From Oopsacas minuta (taxonomy: Eukaryota; Animalia; Porifera): a DNA stretch of 64,000 bases. The stretch covers positions 751,854-815,853 of the forward strand of contig JAKMXF010000066.1 in the NCBI GenBank assembly GCA_024704765.1, given 5' to 3'. The position numbers were made by a program, and so were the translations under genes. Shown here one piece after another: positions 11,670-23,879 of this stretch (positions within the stretch are counted from its first letter, which is position 1; every line of letters begins with the position of its first letter). The notes under the pieces are model-generated. The model saw nothing but the letters and a program-made list of their open reading frames with translations, made no database searches and was not told the origin of the DNA.

Positions 11670-14600
11670 ATGCAGCGTAGATATGACAGAACTTCAGACA
11701 TACAGCGACTCCGCTCTCATTACAGAGAAAGACCTTATGAATTCAAATTATGTTGTAACTATATTTGGCATTGTACACTAACATCTAAACTTGGCTGTGG
11801 ATCGTTTGGGTCGGTTTATTTCGGGTTCCACGAGTTGGAAGGATTCGAAGTAGCCGTCAAAGAAATTCCTAGAGAACTGTTCGCAAGAGATGATAAAGTT
11901 AAAATCAATTTACAGAGAGAGGTTGAGATACAACAATTGCTATCGTATTGCCCGTATGTAGTTAATTTGTATCATGTAGAGGAAATAGCTGCTGGCATAG
12001 TGATGATAATGGAGGTAAGGAATTTGCATAGTATTTGCTTGGATAGACATTTTGTTGTAAATAATCCACACCTTATATTTTTGTTATTATAAATCACTCA
12101 GGTGTAAACAATATTCCTAACTCACACCTTTCTCCATCACTTGATTTGACAATTTTTAATCATATTCATTTCTATTTTTATCTCAGTTTTCATTAACTTG
12201 ATCCCAAAAATAGATTTGTCGCTAATTTTAGCTCTCATTTACAACATAACTATTCATATAATCCTCCTAGGAATATTCTGCTATTACTCATGACAGATTA
12301 TACTATTTCTTAGCAGAATATTATTTAGCAAATATTGCGTTGGATTTCCTCTCAAACTTGTTGAGATATATTTGGGGAATATTAGTTGTTTTTTATAAAT
12401 TACCCTGTACAGACTTTGATGAGAAATTTGTACCTAGTGTGATGATAGGGTTCATGCGTCATACTTGACTTCTGAACACGCGCAAGCTCAGGTGTGAGGC
12501 TATTGAAGAGTCTAATCCCTTCTTTATCACGGATGAAAGTCTTAAAATTATATACTACAGTCAATTCCCGTTACGTGTTATTTAGAAGCTCAAGACAACC
12601 GTGATAATTAATAAGATATAACCGATAAAACTACATTACTTTAACGGTTGGGACCATATTTATGTAATTTATAACTTCGATATACCCGTGTTTGATATAA
12701 CCGGAGTTGACTGTTATTTCTGAAACCTTAGTATGAGTTATAACAACAGATTACAAATATTTTATTTATTGATGTCATTATATAGTTCTGTGACACAGAC
12801 CTCGAACAATATCTGAAGACACACAAATTCAATGAAACACAAATCAAGAGTTTCCTTAAGCAGCTATCAATTGGAGTTAAAGCCATGCATGATCAGGGTA
12901 TAATACCTCTAGTTATCAGTATTGCATATTAACGCAATGATTGAATAATTATTTGCATTTATATGAAAAAATGTAGCAGAGTTCATTCTCGAATACATAA
13001 CTCAACATTCTGTGGATCACATCCCATAGACTGTAATACAAATTTTGAGATCCTACAGACCCTGCCCCTGCTGTCGTCTACGGACCTCACGTTGGGAACC
13101 GCTTCCCTAGATACGCTATAATATCATAGGAATGTATGATTAATTACCCTAATAGGTATAGTACATAGAGACATCAAACCGCAGAATATTCTACTGAAGT
13201 TATACTGTAACGATCTATTTGAGATAAAGATAGCAGATTTTGGTTATTCCAGACATTACTTGAAAGGAGAAGGCACTAAGAACTTCATTGACATGAATTC
13301 AGTAGCGGGTACTCCTGTATTTATGGCCCCTGAAGTTCTGTATTGTGTGGTTATGCCAGGAGGACATTACGATCATACAGTAGACATGTGGAGTGTTGGA
13401 GCATTGCTGTATAGGGTATTGGTTGGTAAGTGCGGGTTCTTTCTATTCTGTGAGAAAGGACTTCCTGGAACAATTCAGAAGGTGATACCTATTCTCAAAA
13501 GTAAGGGAGATGCCATAGCCTTTGAGGTAAGTTGTTACAGTGCACCAAACAGCACTGCTCCTATTGCAAATTGTTCGGATTAGTGAAATGCATGTGTAAT
13601 ATTGTATTATGTATTTGTCCGCAGTAGAATTGGTATTTAGAACATTCTAGAACATTTTTCAGAGGTGCTTGATTAATGACATTTTATACTTCTGTTTAGA
13701 TTCAACGTAACAGCAGACCACATTACATATACGAACTACCCTCTACTGTAGATGTTATGATATCTGAATCTATGAAAAGTCAACTCAATAAGATCCTGAA
13801 AGAACTCCTCAAGGTGTGAAAATATGCATATAGTAGAGTTAATAATATGTTCAACAGTTTGTCAGGCGCGAACTCCTCTGTACAATTACTATTCAATTCT
13901 GTAGGTTGATCCAGCACATAGAATTACAGTAAATGAATTCTATACATTTGTGGATGATTTAGTACAGACGAATTTAGAAATGGTTGATGTACTCAGTGGG
14001 AGAAGTTGTAAGATCCCTTTAGAGTCAAATGTTACATTAGATACTCTCAAATTTGAGGTGAGAATGTTGTTGTTGTTGTTGTTGTTGTTGGTGGTGGTGG
14101 TGTTTTACATAGACTTGTAATATTCCACACATATGTCGAATTTCAAATTTGTAGCTCTTACCAGTTCCTCAAATGATTTTGAACGAACTACAGTCAACTC
14201 CGGTTATATCAAATCGATATACCCGCTGATATCGAATCGATATACCCGCTTATACATCAAAGCCTTAAATTGTATAAATATTGTCCCAAACCGTCAATGT
14301 AACATATATTTAATTGGTTATATCGAGGTGATTATCGCGGCCCCTTGAGCTTCGATATAACGGGAGTTGACTATACATAAGTGTTACTACAATAATCCTT
14401 GTAGGTAACCCAATCACTTGGCATAACACGTGAGAACCAAATCCTTTTGTGTGATTCACCAGCTTCCAAATCTAAACTAATCTCTCAGGAAGATCTTATA
14501 TTCTTTCTACGATGTGCTACTAAGAATCTGGGCCCCATCATTTTATACGTGATAGATAAATCTACAGTAATTGGTAGCTCAACTATAAACATACAATTTC

Positions 14601-16723
14601 CATCTTTGTCAGAGATGAATGATATTTTATTAAAATGTGATACTATTAAGCGTAATGTAAATGGCGAGTTGAAAACATATGACATGAGTTTACCGAATAT
14701 TTGTGTTTCTGTGGTGAAAGACATGGGAAAGAATCAAGAATTACAAATGAAAGCTTTGCAGTCGTTCACATATTTCATGACTACTTCACAAGATAGCTAC
14801 GAAGCAGCGAAAAGTAAATTTGAAACAAAGTTCAAAGTTCTTGAAGCGAAAGTTAGTTTTCTGGCTGATTGTCTGTTAATGGATATGGAAAGTTTGAAAA
14901 ATAATGAGCAATACAAACAACGGGTAAATATTAATATAGTGTATGCTGGTTATAAGAACACCCTTAGGGGTAGCAAGACATGTTCTTATAACCGGTATAA
15001 ATACACAGGAATATATGAGAACCATTTCCCAGAGGATGGTGCTTATATCCGGCTTCTGCTGTATATTTTCTATTATACCAAATTATGTTTATTTGTTTGT
15101 TTGTTTGTTATAGGTTGAGAATCTTACAACACTGTGTCACTCCCTACGGCACATGTTAAGAGAGGTAATTATTGTTATTTTGAATATAAGTGGGTTCCAC
15201 CAGGGGATCCATAGGATCTAGAAAATTGTATTACAGTCTATGGGAGGGGGTCAACTAGTGAAAATGGTTGGGAACTGCTAAAATAGTCAATAAGCATATT
15301 TATTACCCAATCTAGGCCCAGTTACCAGTAGGGTCAATAGAAGAAGAATTCAAACGGTTAAACCGTAGTTTATTGAAAGAGATAGACAAATGTATGGATG
15401 TAGAATACAGTAAGGATTATCAGAATATTCTAGCACAGAGCCAAAAGATACAATACTTCTCTCCACCTTACGTACAGAGAGTTAGAGAAATGGTTGAAGT
15501 TATTGTTAATAAATATTCTGAATTCCTACTTAAAATACAGGTTTGTGAGTACAGTTAACTCCCGTATACTTGGTTACAACTGAAACTGAGAACGGTTTTG
15601 TGGAGGTTACACTTTTGTTTACAAGTATAACTATATTATTACTCCTTAGACGAGGCTGCAGACATCATTTTCTATAATGAGTGAGATATACTCTCTCACT
15701 TCAAAGCTAAACGAATTAGCTGATAACTTGTCCTCTGTATACACACGGAAGTTGATGGATGTACAGACCCATTGGAGACAGGAAATACTCTCTCTGGTGG
15801 GTGGGGAGGCCACCTGTCAGTCGCCCGAAGCTTCTGACGAAGAGCCCCTGACTCGACATAAAAGGCGGGCGAATCTACAGCAACAGTTGGAGTATAAGAA
15901 TAGAGAAAATGCTAAATTAGTTGATAAATGTGAGGAATTATTACAGTCATATCGAAGCAATTATCACTGTCCCTTGAGCTTTGATATGACAGGCATATAA
16001 ATAGGCTTTACAATGTGTTATTGTATTTTAGTTGAAAAGCTCAGATCTCAATTAAAGAAAGCAGAGGCTAGAGCAATCTCTGCAGAAGAGCTTCTATCTC
16101 AAAAAACTGAATTACTGCAAGATCACGAGCAATTAGAAGTATTCTATTCGTGTATGAAACTGATACAATCTATATGCCCAAATTCACCCAAAACAAATTC
16201 TGGGAATTTAGAGTTAGAATTTAGCGGTCTTTGTTTGAAAGAACCTGCCATATCTCCGGTGCAAAAGTTACAGGAAAGTTTGAGAGATTTGTCACAGATT
16301 GATATTAATAAACTAAAAGTACAAATTGAAAAGAAATTGGATAATAAAACCGCCAATTCGAATGGATTAATTACAGTTTCGAATTTCAAAAAAGGAGATT
16401 TAGTACTGTTTTTACCTACGAAACATCAACCTGGATACCACGCTATGCCTCAGGCATTCACTACTTTACAAGACACGATATACCTCGATAAATCATGCTA
16501 CGGTTCATTCGGTGTGGGGGAAAATGAACCTCTACGGACATGGCTAATCGGGCGATGCACTTCGAATTTATTTCCAGAAACAACTGGACCTAATTGTGTC
16601 TACCCAGCTGGTAAAGTTAAACAAAATTTTTATACAATTACAGCTGAAGCGAGCGAGTTTGTTTCAAGCGAACCTCGTAGACGGACTTCAAGTCGTAATT
16701 TAAACGTTCCAGTTAAAAACTAG
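11670..16723 (+). CDS. Ser/Thr kinase (ULK/IKK-TBK1-like) + ubiquitin-like domain + helical/coiled-coil region + Atg11/RB1CC1(FIP200) Claw-like C-terminus, ~950 aa. Exons 11670-12014, 12786-12897, 13156-13526, 13700-13813, 13905-14057, 14405-14923, 15114-15164, 15316-15540, 15650-15929, 16032-16723
   Basis: Complete kinase motifs (GCGSFG, VAVK, HRDIKPQN, DFG, APE, DMWSVG). All nine GT-AG introns join in frame. The last exon has ITVSNFKKGDLVLFLP...WLIGR...NFYTITAE, resembling the Atg11/FIP200 C-terminal domain. Confidence 0.82.
12558..12713. mobile_element. MITE family A copy in kinase intron 1
   Basis: TA-CAGTCAATTCCCGTTA...ATAACCGGAGTTGACTG; inverted orientation relative to the 1925 copy. 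Confidence 0.75.
14191..14373. mobile_element. MITE family A copy in kinase intron 5
   Basis: TA-CAGTCAACTCCGGTTATATC...GATATAACGGGAGTTGACTA-TA; near-perfect TIRs. Confidence 0.8.
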
Positions 16724-16852
16724 ACATTTCTACACACATATTTATATATTTATTTTTAGTAACATTCATCTATTTATTACAGATTCTTATATTTCTGTCT
16801 ACAGTCATACAACTAGCTAATTTCTACTTTCTATTTCTATTAATTATTCTGT

Positions 16853-19800
16853 TTATTTATTTGGCTTTTTGATCACAAAGTCGAGTTCCTTCTTTCCCAG
16901 CTCTTCTCCTTTAGGAAATGCATCGCAGATTGTGTTGCAAACTCCTAAAATGAGGAATAATTATACATTTTTGGGAGATAATCGTTGCTAGAATATTCAG
17001 CTTGTTGTAATTGAATTAAGACTTACTTATTTTACAAAAATATTTTCCGACTATCCATGGTTTACCGGTGCCTATTTCCCAATCCACTTCCCAGGAGCCG
17101 AGTTTCAAAGGAGTCCAGAGCTGCAGTTCAACTGGAGAATACAAAATGCAATAATTGAAATAAGTATAGACACATTAAGGCCCTTGTTAATGAGAAACTT
17201 GTTTCAGCTCCACCTGATGTCAATCTAAGCATAATCTCATTATACGTGTAGTGGAGCTGAAAAAGTTTTCCTAATACCTCTTACCTGTGCTGTTAGTCTT
17301 GTTTTGGGGACAATCAAACTTAAACTGAACTACTCCTACCTCAGAGCTATCCACCACCACTGCTTTTATCTTAATATCTTTTCCTATACAATAATAGTAT
17401 TGAAATTACATAGCAAATATCAATTTGGTTATTCTTTGGGAGATAGTGTCTAAGACTAGGGAGACAAGTAACAACGAGTTAAGGTCAGCTGTTTCCAACC
17501 TGGGGCCCCTTGGTGGTTCACGGACGACAGCAAGGGGTCCACAGGAGAAATGGTTGGGAACCGCTGAAGTAAACAAACAAACAAACAAACAAACAACAAA
17601 TAATTGAGTTCAACTTCAAATTATATTAGAGTTTGCGGGCATGAAACACATGACTCGTTCCCAAAGCACTCCTGCAAACTTTAAAATCCAGCAGGAACAA
17701 ACAAATAAACCCAAACAAACAATAACAACAGGACAATCAACACACAGAAAGCGTCCATATTCCGCCTACACGAAGCTACACGATACCGTCAATAGTATAG
17801 ACACCCCGGCATCTAACCGTGAGCAATGGTGGCGAGCAGAGCTCCGAGAGACACCTGTGTCCACACGGTATCATATCAAAGATTTTGTACAAGATATTTC
17901 TGATCGGAATGATACCGTATCATTCAGAGATGTAGGTCGTGAGAAGATAATACCGTCCGCACAGACACACGGGGGGCTTCTCTTACCCGGGGCATACCAT
18001 AAGAGTAGATATCCTGATGATTATTTGTCCTCAAATAGGTTTTCGTATAATTTCAGGTCAGTAGAGCGTGATAAACTTCCTAAACTAGGTCATGGCCACG
18101 CGGATAAAGAAGTAGATGTTCCTCCTAACCAGTACGACGTAGTTAGCTACACCTCCTCTGTCGGGAATAAGGACGCTGTATTCAAGTCGACAATACAGAG
18201 AGAACCGTTCCGTGGCAAAATCGGACCTGCTCCTGGACAGTACCATAATCTCGTGAAAGGAGAGCCCCCAAGTTCTAGTTACATGTTCAAGAGTCGCGTT
18301 CCTCGACTAATGTCTTCTACAACTCGTGTACCAGGACCTGGTAGTTATAATCCTAAAGATGTTGTATAACTCTTCTCTCATTATTATACTGCAATATGTC
18401 TCAGTTTCAGTTTCAGTTTACATTAGAACTCGGGAAAGACGTAGCCAAAGTATGTCTTATCCAAATATTTAGTATAGTAGAGTTCCCTTATTAGCAAGTT
18501 CGCATATAAGCAAGTTTTCTCGTGCAAAAACCCGACTTGCTAATAAGCAAACTCCACTTGTATATGAAATTGTGATCCGTTCTATGTACTAACTGAGTGT
18601 ACGTCTTAAGCCGAGTTCTACTGTAATTACAGTTACATTTTGACACCTGGCTCAGAGAGTTGTGGTGATATCTCATAGATATTAGGATATGTTCCTAGAT
18701 TAATCACATTCCACAAATTTCTAATTTATAGCTCTTAACAGTTACTCAATTAATTCCCGGAAAAACTGCGGGTCTAAATATAGAGTAGACTTAACCAGAG
18801 TTATTTATATAACATAATTATCGTTTGAATAATCCCTAATTGGCATAAAATTATAATAAACAAGTACCTAGGATAATTGGAGTAGAAACAGTAGCTGAAA
18901 CGAGAGAAGCTTTGCCTTTCTCCTTGGGACAGTCATTGATCTCTTCACAGAAGAAAGCATAGTTCAGTTGTGTACTAAAGATATTGAGAGTGTAATTATT
19001 AAATTACGTTCCTCTCTTTGGCAATATTCTCAATTAAGTGGAGCTATTTAACACCAAGGTCTAGTCGAGCCTGAATTTTCAAATTTGGGTCAATGCCCCC
19101 GTTGTCACTGTATTTAAGGCCGTGGGGGCTAAAATAAATCCACTTGGGAACCCATCGAAGGAATAATGAAACATTTATTCCCCGTACGAGGAAATAGTTC
19201 AGAGTTCTATCTTTAATGTCTGCTATGATTCTGGTCTTGGGGCAATTGACTCGAAACTAAATAGAGCGAATTCTTAGTCACAAACGAAAATAAACCTCCA
19301 CTAATGTGAATTTAGTAGAGACAGGGAAACGGGTAGCATTGTCCGGTCCCTATTTGCAGAGAATACACTCTGTAACTTACTTGTTAAGATGTTTCTTAAG
19401 CTCATCAATACCAACTGCAGTACATGCTACCATGCATATATCTCCAGCTAATGTGCTATTAACTGCCTTGTGTATTAATTCACACATTCCTGCACAAGTA
19501 CCAACAGGTGTGATATCTATCAGATATGGTTAATTATTAATATCAATAATGATCACTTTAGGTAATACCCTCTATTTGCTATTGATAGATTAACACTTTG
19601 AATCAGGGAATTATGTACACTCGGTTAGTACGTGCTAATTTTCTTACTTGCCACCACGGGTGAAAGAAACGCGTGACGTAGCATATATTTGGGACATTAA
19701 CCTCAACACATGTCCGATAAAGCGAAACATCCGGACAAAAACAGGACAGTTGGCAAGTATGAAATATATTTATTTACCTAAAGCTGCTTTTAGAATTTCT

Positions 19801-19913
19801 TCCGCAACTTTCCCTCCATTCTTCAAACATTCAGTACAACTTGCGGCATTTCCCAAACCAATCTCAGCTAAAACTATTGATAAACAGAACAGAACAACAA
19901 GTAAACTTCTCAT
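16853..19913 (-). CDS. Countin-like secreted saposin-B domain protein, paralog 1. Exons 19913-19778, 19516-19381, 18974-18868, 17383-17285, 17131-17027, 16944-16853
   Basis: Not in the ORF track because all exons are short. Spliced product: signal peptide MRSLLVVLFCLSIVLAE, saposin Cys pattern (SCTEC...TCAGMC...ICMVAC...FFCEEINDC) and C-terminal VCNTICDAFP...DFVI. Six exons with the same phases as the paralog at 28516-30102. Confidence 0.75.
17487..17567. mobile_element. hAT-like MITE family D (cagctgtttccaacc...ggttgggaaccgctg); related remnants at ~2668-2740, ~13060-13105, ~15190-15280, ~38920-39012, ~49565-49660
   Basis: Inverted termini of the CAG..TTCCCAAC type and a recurring internal gg(a)cccc motif. 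Confidence 0.55.
17641..18369 (+). CDS. SHIPPO/sperm-tail PG-rich repeat protein (STPG/ODF3-like), nested antisense in intron 3 of countin paralog 1
   Basis: 242-aa ORF with PPNQYD, PAPGQYH and PGPGSYNP repeats typical of PGPGxY axonemal proteins. It lies entirely within intron 17384-18867. Confidence 0.7.
   Translation: MKHMTRSQSTPANFKIQQEQTNKPKQTITTGQSTHRKRPYSAYTKLHDTVNSIDTPASNREQWWRAELRETPVSTRYHIKDFVQDISDRNDTVSFRDVGREKIIPSAQTHGGLLLPGAYHKSRYPDDYLSSNRFSYNFRSVERDKLPKLGHGHADKEVDVPPNQYDVVSYTSSVGNKDAVFKSTIQREPFRGKIGPAPGQYHNLVKGEPPSSSYMFKSRVPRLMSSTTRVPGPGSYNPKDVV
18420..18627. mobile_element. MITE with TIR tagaactcgg..aagacgta / tacgtcttaagccgagttcta; a terminus copy also occurs at ~45268-45292
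   Basis: Inverted termini are visible, and the same terminus lies in the TSSK intron. Confidence 0.55.
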
Positions 19914-21289
19914 TTTACAAACTTTCATAAAACTGAATACTGTCAGTATATTTACTACATGTATATGCCTATAGAAGATAGATATCGATTACAGCAGAAT
20001 TATATCTCAGTTATTGCGTATTTAGAACATTTGATTCCTAAAATTAGCCCTGCCTGCTTATGTATGGTATAATTTCGAAATTGGGGAATTTGTAATTGTA
20101 CTTAATACTACTAGGGCCACAGCGCCCTCGTATATTCCTTCAATTGTAGTCTATACTCACTCTTCTTTGCTGACTCTAACCTTCTCGTTAAAATCTCGAA
20201 TTATCAACCTTCACAATTCGTTTTCCTACAATAATTAAAGCGATAGAAAAGTATCTCTCTTAATCTGTGCAGACGGAATGCTTTTAGCAATTACTAGTAT
20301 TTGTACTTTAAGAATTATTCTAATTCACAAGTCAGTGATAATCCAAATACAGTATTGATAGTAATCAGCTAATAAACTAAGATATTTTATGATTATTGAG
20401 ACAAAACCTAACTACAAGAATAATATCTATGTTAATGGAATAATTGAGGTTTGTACCATAATTATTGATTCTTATTCAACAAGAACACTGAATATATGAA
20501 TAGTGTAACTGACTTGCATCGCTTGCTAGATCTCTGCGTATTATTAATCAGCTAATTGTATAGAGTTATGAAGGCTATGCAACAGAATATACTCATCACT
20601 AGAGTGATGACGAGGGACATTTGTTGCATTATAGGTTACCTGTGATACAAATTTCAAACTCCTATCATTAAAACTGGCTGAGCACTTGTTAATATTGTCT
20701 TAGCCAGACCCATAATATCCCTGTACCCTAAAATCAGCCCTGTAGGTCTTCCAGTTCCTTCAATCAATTCTAGACATACAAACATATACATATACTACAC
20801 ACATATATACATACAGAATAATTGCGTTTTACTGGTATCGATTCAATCAGAGTTGAGTGATTGTAAAACAGCTGATTATGAGCCTAAGTTGTATATGCCA
20901 TAAACATTCTATTATAGTCTGTATACTACTCCTATGGTTCCATCTATAGAATTATTGTAAGAACAAATATCCTTAAAATAGAATATTGCTAATATCAAAC
21001 AATATTCTGTAAGTTTGTGTTTAAGGAATTGTATCAGTGTTGTAAATACAAATCAGTTTATTATCACACAAATTAGCACTAATCAACAACAAAAAGATAT
21101 GAAATTACTTACAAAGTCATTGTAAGGAAATATTTACAAGCCTAGAATAGATATGAATAGAATATAAACAAAATGTGAATAAATGTGTACAAAAGTAAAT
21201 ACTTACAACAAACACCTTAATAGAATAATGTAAAACATAACTTAACAATCAGCTGACGTGATTATGAGTTCAGATGTGAGAGTATCTGA

Positions 21290-23290
21290 TCACACCTGTG
21301 GAGATACTTTGTTCTCTTTGAAGGGTTCTGGAGAGTATACTACTGAGTCAGAAAGTGGGTTTTGTATGACGGTAGATTCATTGGCTTTCTTCTTGTCTAA
21401 TTCAGCAATTGTAGGATTATACCCAGGTATCTGTTTGGGTGAATATGACCATCTCTTCGTAAAGAAACAGAACAAGATTACTATGAATATCAGGATAAGC
21501 AATACGAGTAGAACGAAAACTACAACACCGAATATGATGAGAATGAATTCAGTCTTACCAAAGTTGAAGATTTGAGGATTGACAGGAGCGATATCACAGT
21601 CACTACTGTTGGTAGGGGATTTGTTGAATCCATCAAAACATGAACAATCGAATGAACCAATTATGTTATTACAATTGTGTTCACAACCTCCATTATCTAC
21701 CCCGCATTCATCTACGTCAATGCATTTTGTTCCATTTTCAGTGTATCCTTGGATACAAGAACATACGAATGACCCGTTGGTGTTGGCACAATTCTGTTCA
21801 CAACCTCCATTGTTTACCTCGCATTCATCTATGTCAATGCATTTTGTTCCATTTTCAGTGTATCCTTGGAAACATGAACATACAAATGAACCGATGGTGT
21901 TGGTACAATTCTGTTCACAACCTCCATTATCTATCCCGCATTCATTCACGTCATTACAGAACGTTTCATTGAGATTAATGTATCCTTCACGACAATCACA
22001 TGTGTAGGAACCAATTGTGTTAGTACAGTTACCTTGACATATAATACTACTGTCTTCACACTCATCTATGTCTGAACATACGAAACTACTATCATCGTAG
22101 AAGGCACGTTCTGGTGGATAAGTACAGTTACAACCATCTTCTGTATCAACTCTATACCACGTATTATTGCCAGGACATACTATTGAATGATTGAAGCACT
22201 GATAACTGGGGTTACTACAGTTTACATAAATGCTGGGATCGTCTACTTGAAGGCTTGAATTTCCTGAGCAGTAACTGCTTGGGTCTAATTCTATTCGGAT
22301 CCTATACTCATTTTCTATTTTTGACATCCACTCCATTTCACAGGTGCAATCAAATGAAATTTCTCTCATCTTTAAATCTGATAATCTTGGGAGTTGTTGA
22401 AAAATTTCTGGATTCAATAACGCAGGATTATAATTCTCTATGTCTAGGTCTCTAATTCTCTTCGCTACTGTAAGAGTTGATAGGAGAAATGATGGATTGT
22501 TATTCAACCGTATGGTTTCTAAACTTTCCAGACCGATGAATGTATACTTTCCAACTTTGGTTATGTCATTACCTGACAGATCCAGAAATTCCAAGTTCAG
22601 TAAACCCAGGAAAGTGCAGTCATATAACTCATTAATCTTATTCCCTTTAAAGCTCGAATATTTTAACATGTTTGTTTCGTTAAAAGAATCGGCCATTATT
22701 TTTTTTATATTACCATATTCCCAATAAAATACCTCTAATTTCTCTAGTCCCCCTATGATACTCCGATCTATGACACCATTTCCCTCCGTTATTGATGATT
22801 TGGATACTCGTATCTCTTCTAAATGTATATTCTCAGTGAAAAATGGCATTAAATTCAATCCTAAGTGATCCGCGTAGATATCCTGCATGTTCGGGAAATA
22901 TGTGAAAAAGTCGTTATGATTAATGAATACTTCATTGATTCTAAATTCTATACTTATAATATCAGAATTTATCAAAGAAGTTTCAACATGACACGGTGTG
23001 ACGAACTCATTATTCATAGCCAAAGCTATTATATTAATCGGTAAGCTTAGATTCAATGTAACGCCTTCCCCCCCTTGTGTAATGTAAATTCTGAGGTAGG
23101 GCTTATTTCCTTCAGAACATTCGTACATTTTTTGTTGTATTGCATCTGTGTCTTGTCCATGAATACGACAATCCTTACTAAATCTACCATCATTGCAGGT
23201 TATTTCGCTATTTCCACAGTTGCCTTTGACCAGTACAAAACAATATAATATGAGTATTATAAGGATAATTACCTTGTTAGTTGATATCAT
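21290..23290 (-). CDS. Intronless LRR - LRRCT - 4x calcium-binding EGF - TM receptor (666 aa)
   Basis: Signal peptide; LRRs (LEFLDLSGNDITKV, LETIRLNNNP); LRRCT FDCTCEMEW; cbEGF D[IV][DN]EC...GSF.C.C..GY; TM FILIIFGVVVFVLLVLLILIFIVILFCFF; short tail. Confidence 0.88.
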   Translation of the reverse strand: MISTNKVIILIILILYCFVLVKGNCGNSEITCNDGRFSKDCRIHGQDTDAIQQKMYECSEGNKPYLRIYITQGGEGVTLNLSLPINIIALAMNNEFVTPCHVETSLINSDIISIEFRINEVFINHNDFFTYFPNMQDIYADHLGLNLMPFFTENIHLEEIRVSKSSITEGNGVIDRSIIGGLEKLEVFYWEYGNIKKIMADSFNETNMLKYSSFKGNKINELYDCTFLGLLNLEFLDLSGNDITKVGKYTFIGLESLETIRLNNNPSFLLSTLTVAKRIRDLDIENYNPALLNPEIFQQLPRLSDLKMREISFDCTCEMEWMSKIENEYRIRIELDPSSYCSGNSSLQVDDPSIYVNCSNPSYQCFNHSIVCPGNNTWYRVDTEDGCNCTYPPERAFYDDSSFVCSDIDECEDSSIICQGNCTNTIGSYTCDCREGYINLNETFCNDVNECGIDNGGCEQNCTNTIGSFVCSCFQGYTENGTKCIDIDECEVNNGGCEQNCANTNGSFVCSCIQGYTENGTKCIDVDECGVDNGGCEHNCNNIIGSFDCSCFDGFNKSPTNSSDCDIAPVNPQIFNFGKTEFILIIFGVVVFVLLVLLILIFIVILFCFFTKRWSYSPKQIPGYNPTIAELDKKKANESTVIQNPLSDSVVYSPEPFKENKVSPQV

Positions 23291-23879
23291 CTTAGAAGTT
23301 GCAGGAATGTTTGTACTTTGTCTACCCCTCTCTTAATTTATATTATATCCTAGTATGAATTATGTATTTGTATATTCTACAGGCATAGTGTGAACACATG
23401 TAGAATATTTGAAAAGTATTTTGTATTTGAAGAAGGATAACTGTTTTGTAGTTGTGAAAGTATATTTGGAATTCACATGGTATTATTAGTTTTGTACTTT
23501 TGATTTGTTAATAATATTTGCTTGGAGTCTCTACCTAATCAACAGGTTTATACTTAGAAGTCTAAACAATTTGTTGATCCAAGAAAATGACTTAGTATTG
23601 GGCTTTTGTCCTTGTAAACAATATTTTATTCAGCTATTACGTATTTTAAATGATCACAAGTGTCCAGTAGTCCTATAGATTTAAGCTCAAATCATATTGT
23701 TAGCAACTTACAGGTGATATTTGATCTAGTGAGATCTAATAGGTGTTCTTGGATCATAGAGTATACAATATATACTGTATGATCCCTTGATGAAGTAACA
23801 GTTTACATTCTTAATGAAATCGATTAGCAAAGTACTTATCCTATTATATTCGTAATAAATGTTTGCTCGTTTCTAGCCA

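Noticed and set aside
18420-18730. Possible extra 3' exons of the SHIPPO-repeat gene (FTLELGKDVAK; INHIPQISNL)
   Set aside because: The first putative exon coincides with a MITE terminal inverted repeat, and the main ORF already has its own stop at 18369.
20150-20790. Short exon-like minus-strand segments (e.g. LIEGTGRPTGLILGYRDIMG) between countin 1 and the LRR gene
   Set aside because: I could not build a consistent spliced frame or recognise a family.
21579-22007. Repetitive ORFs on the opposite strand/frames of the EGF arrays (also 21640-21972, 26724-27461)
   Set aside because: Shadow frames of the cbEGF-coding strand; their periodicity comes from the 117-bp repeats.
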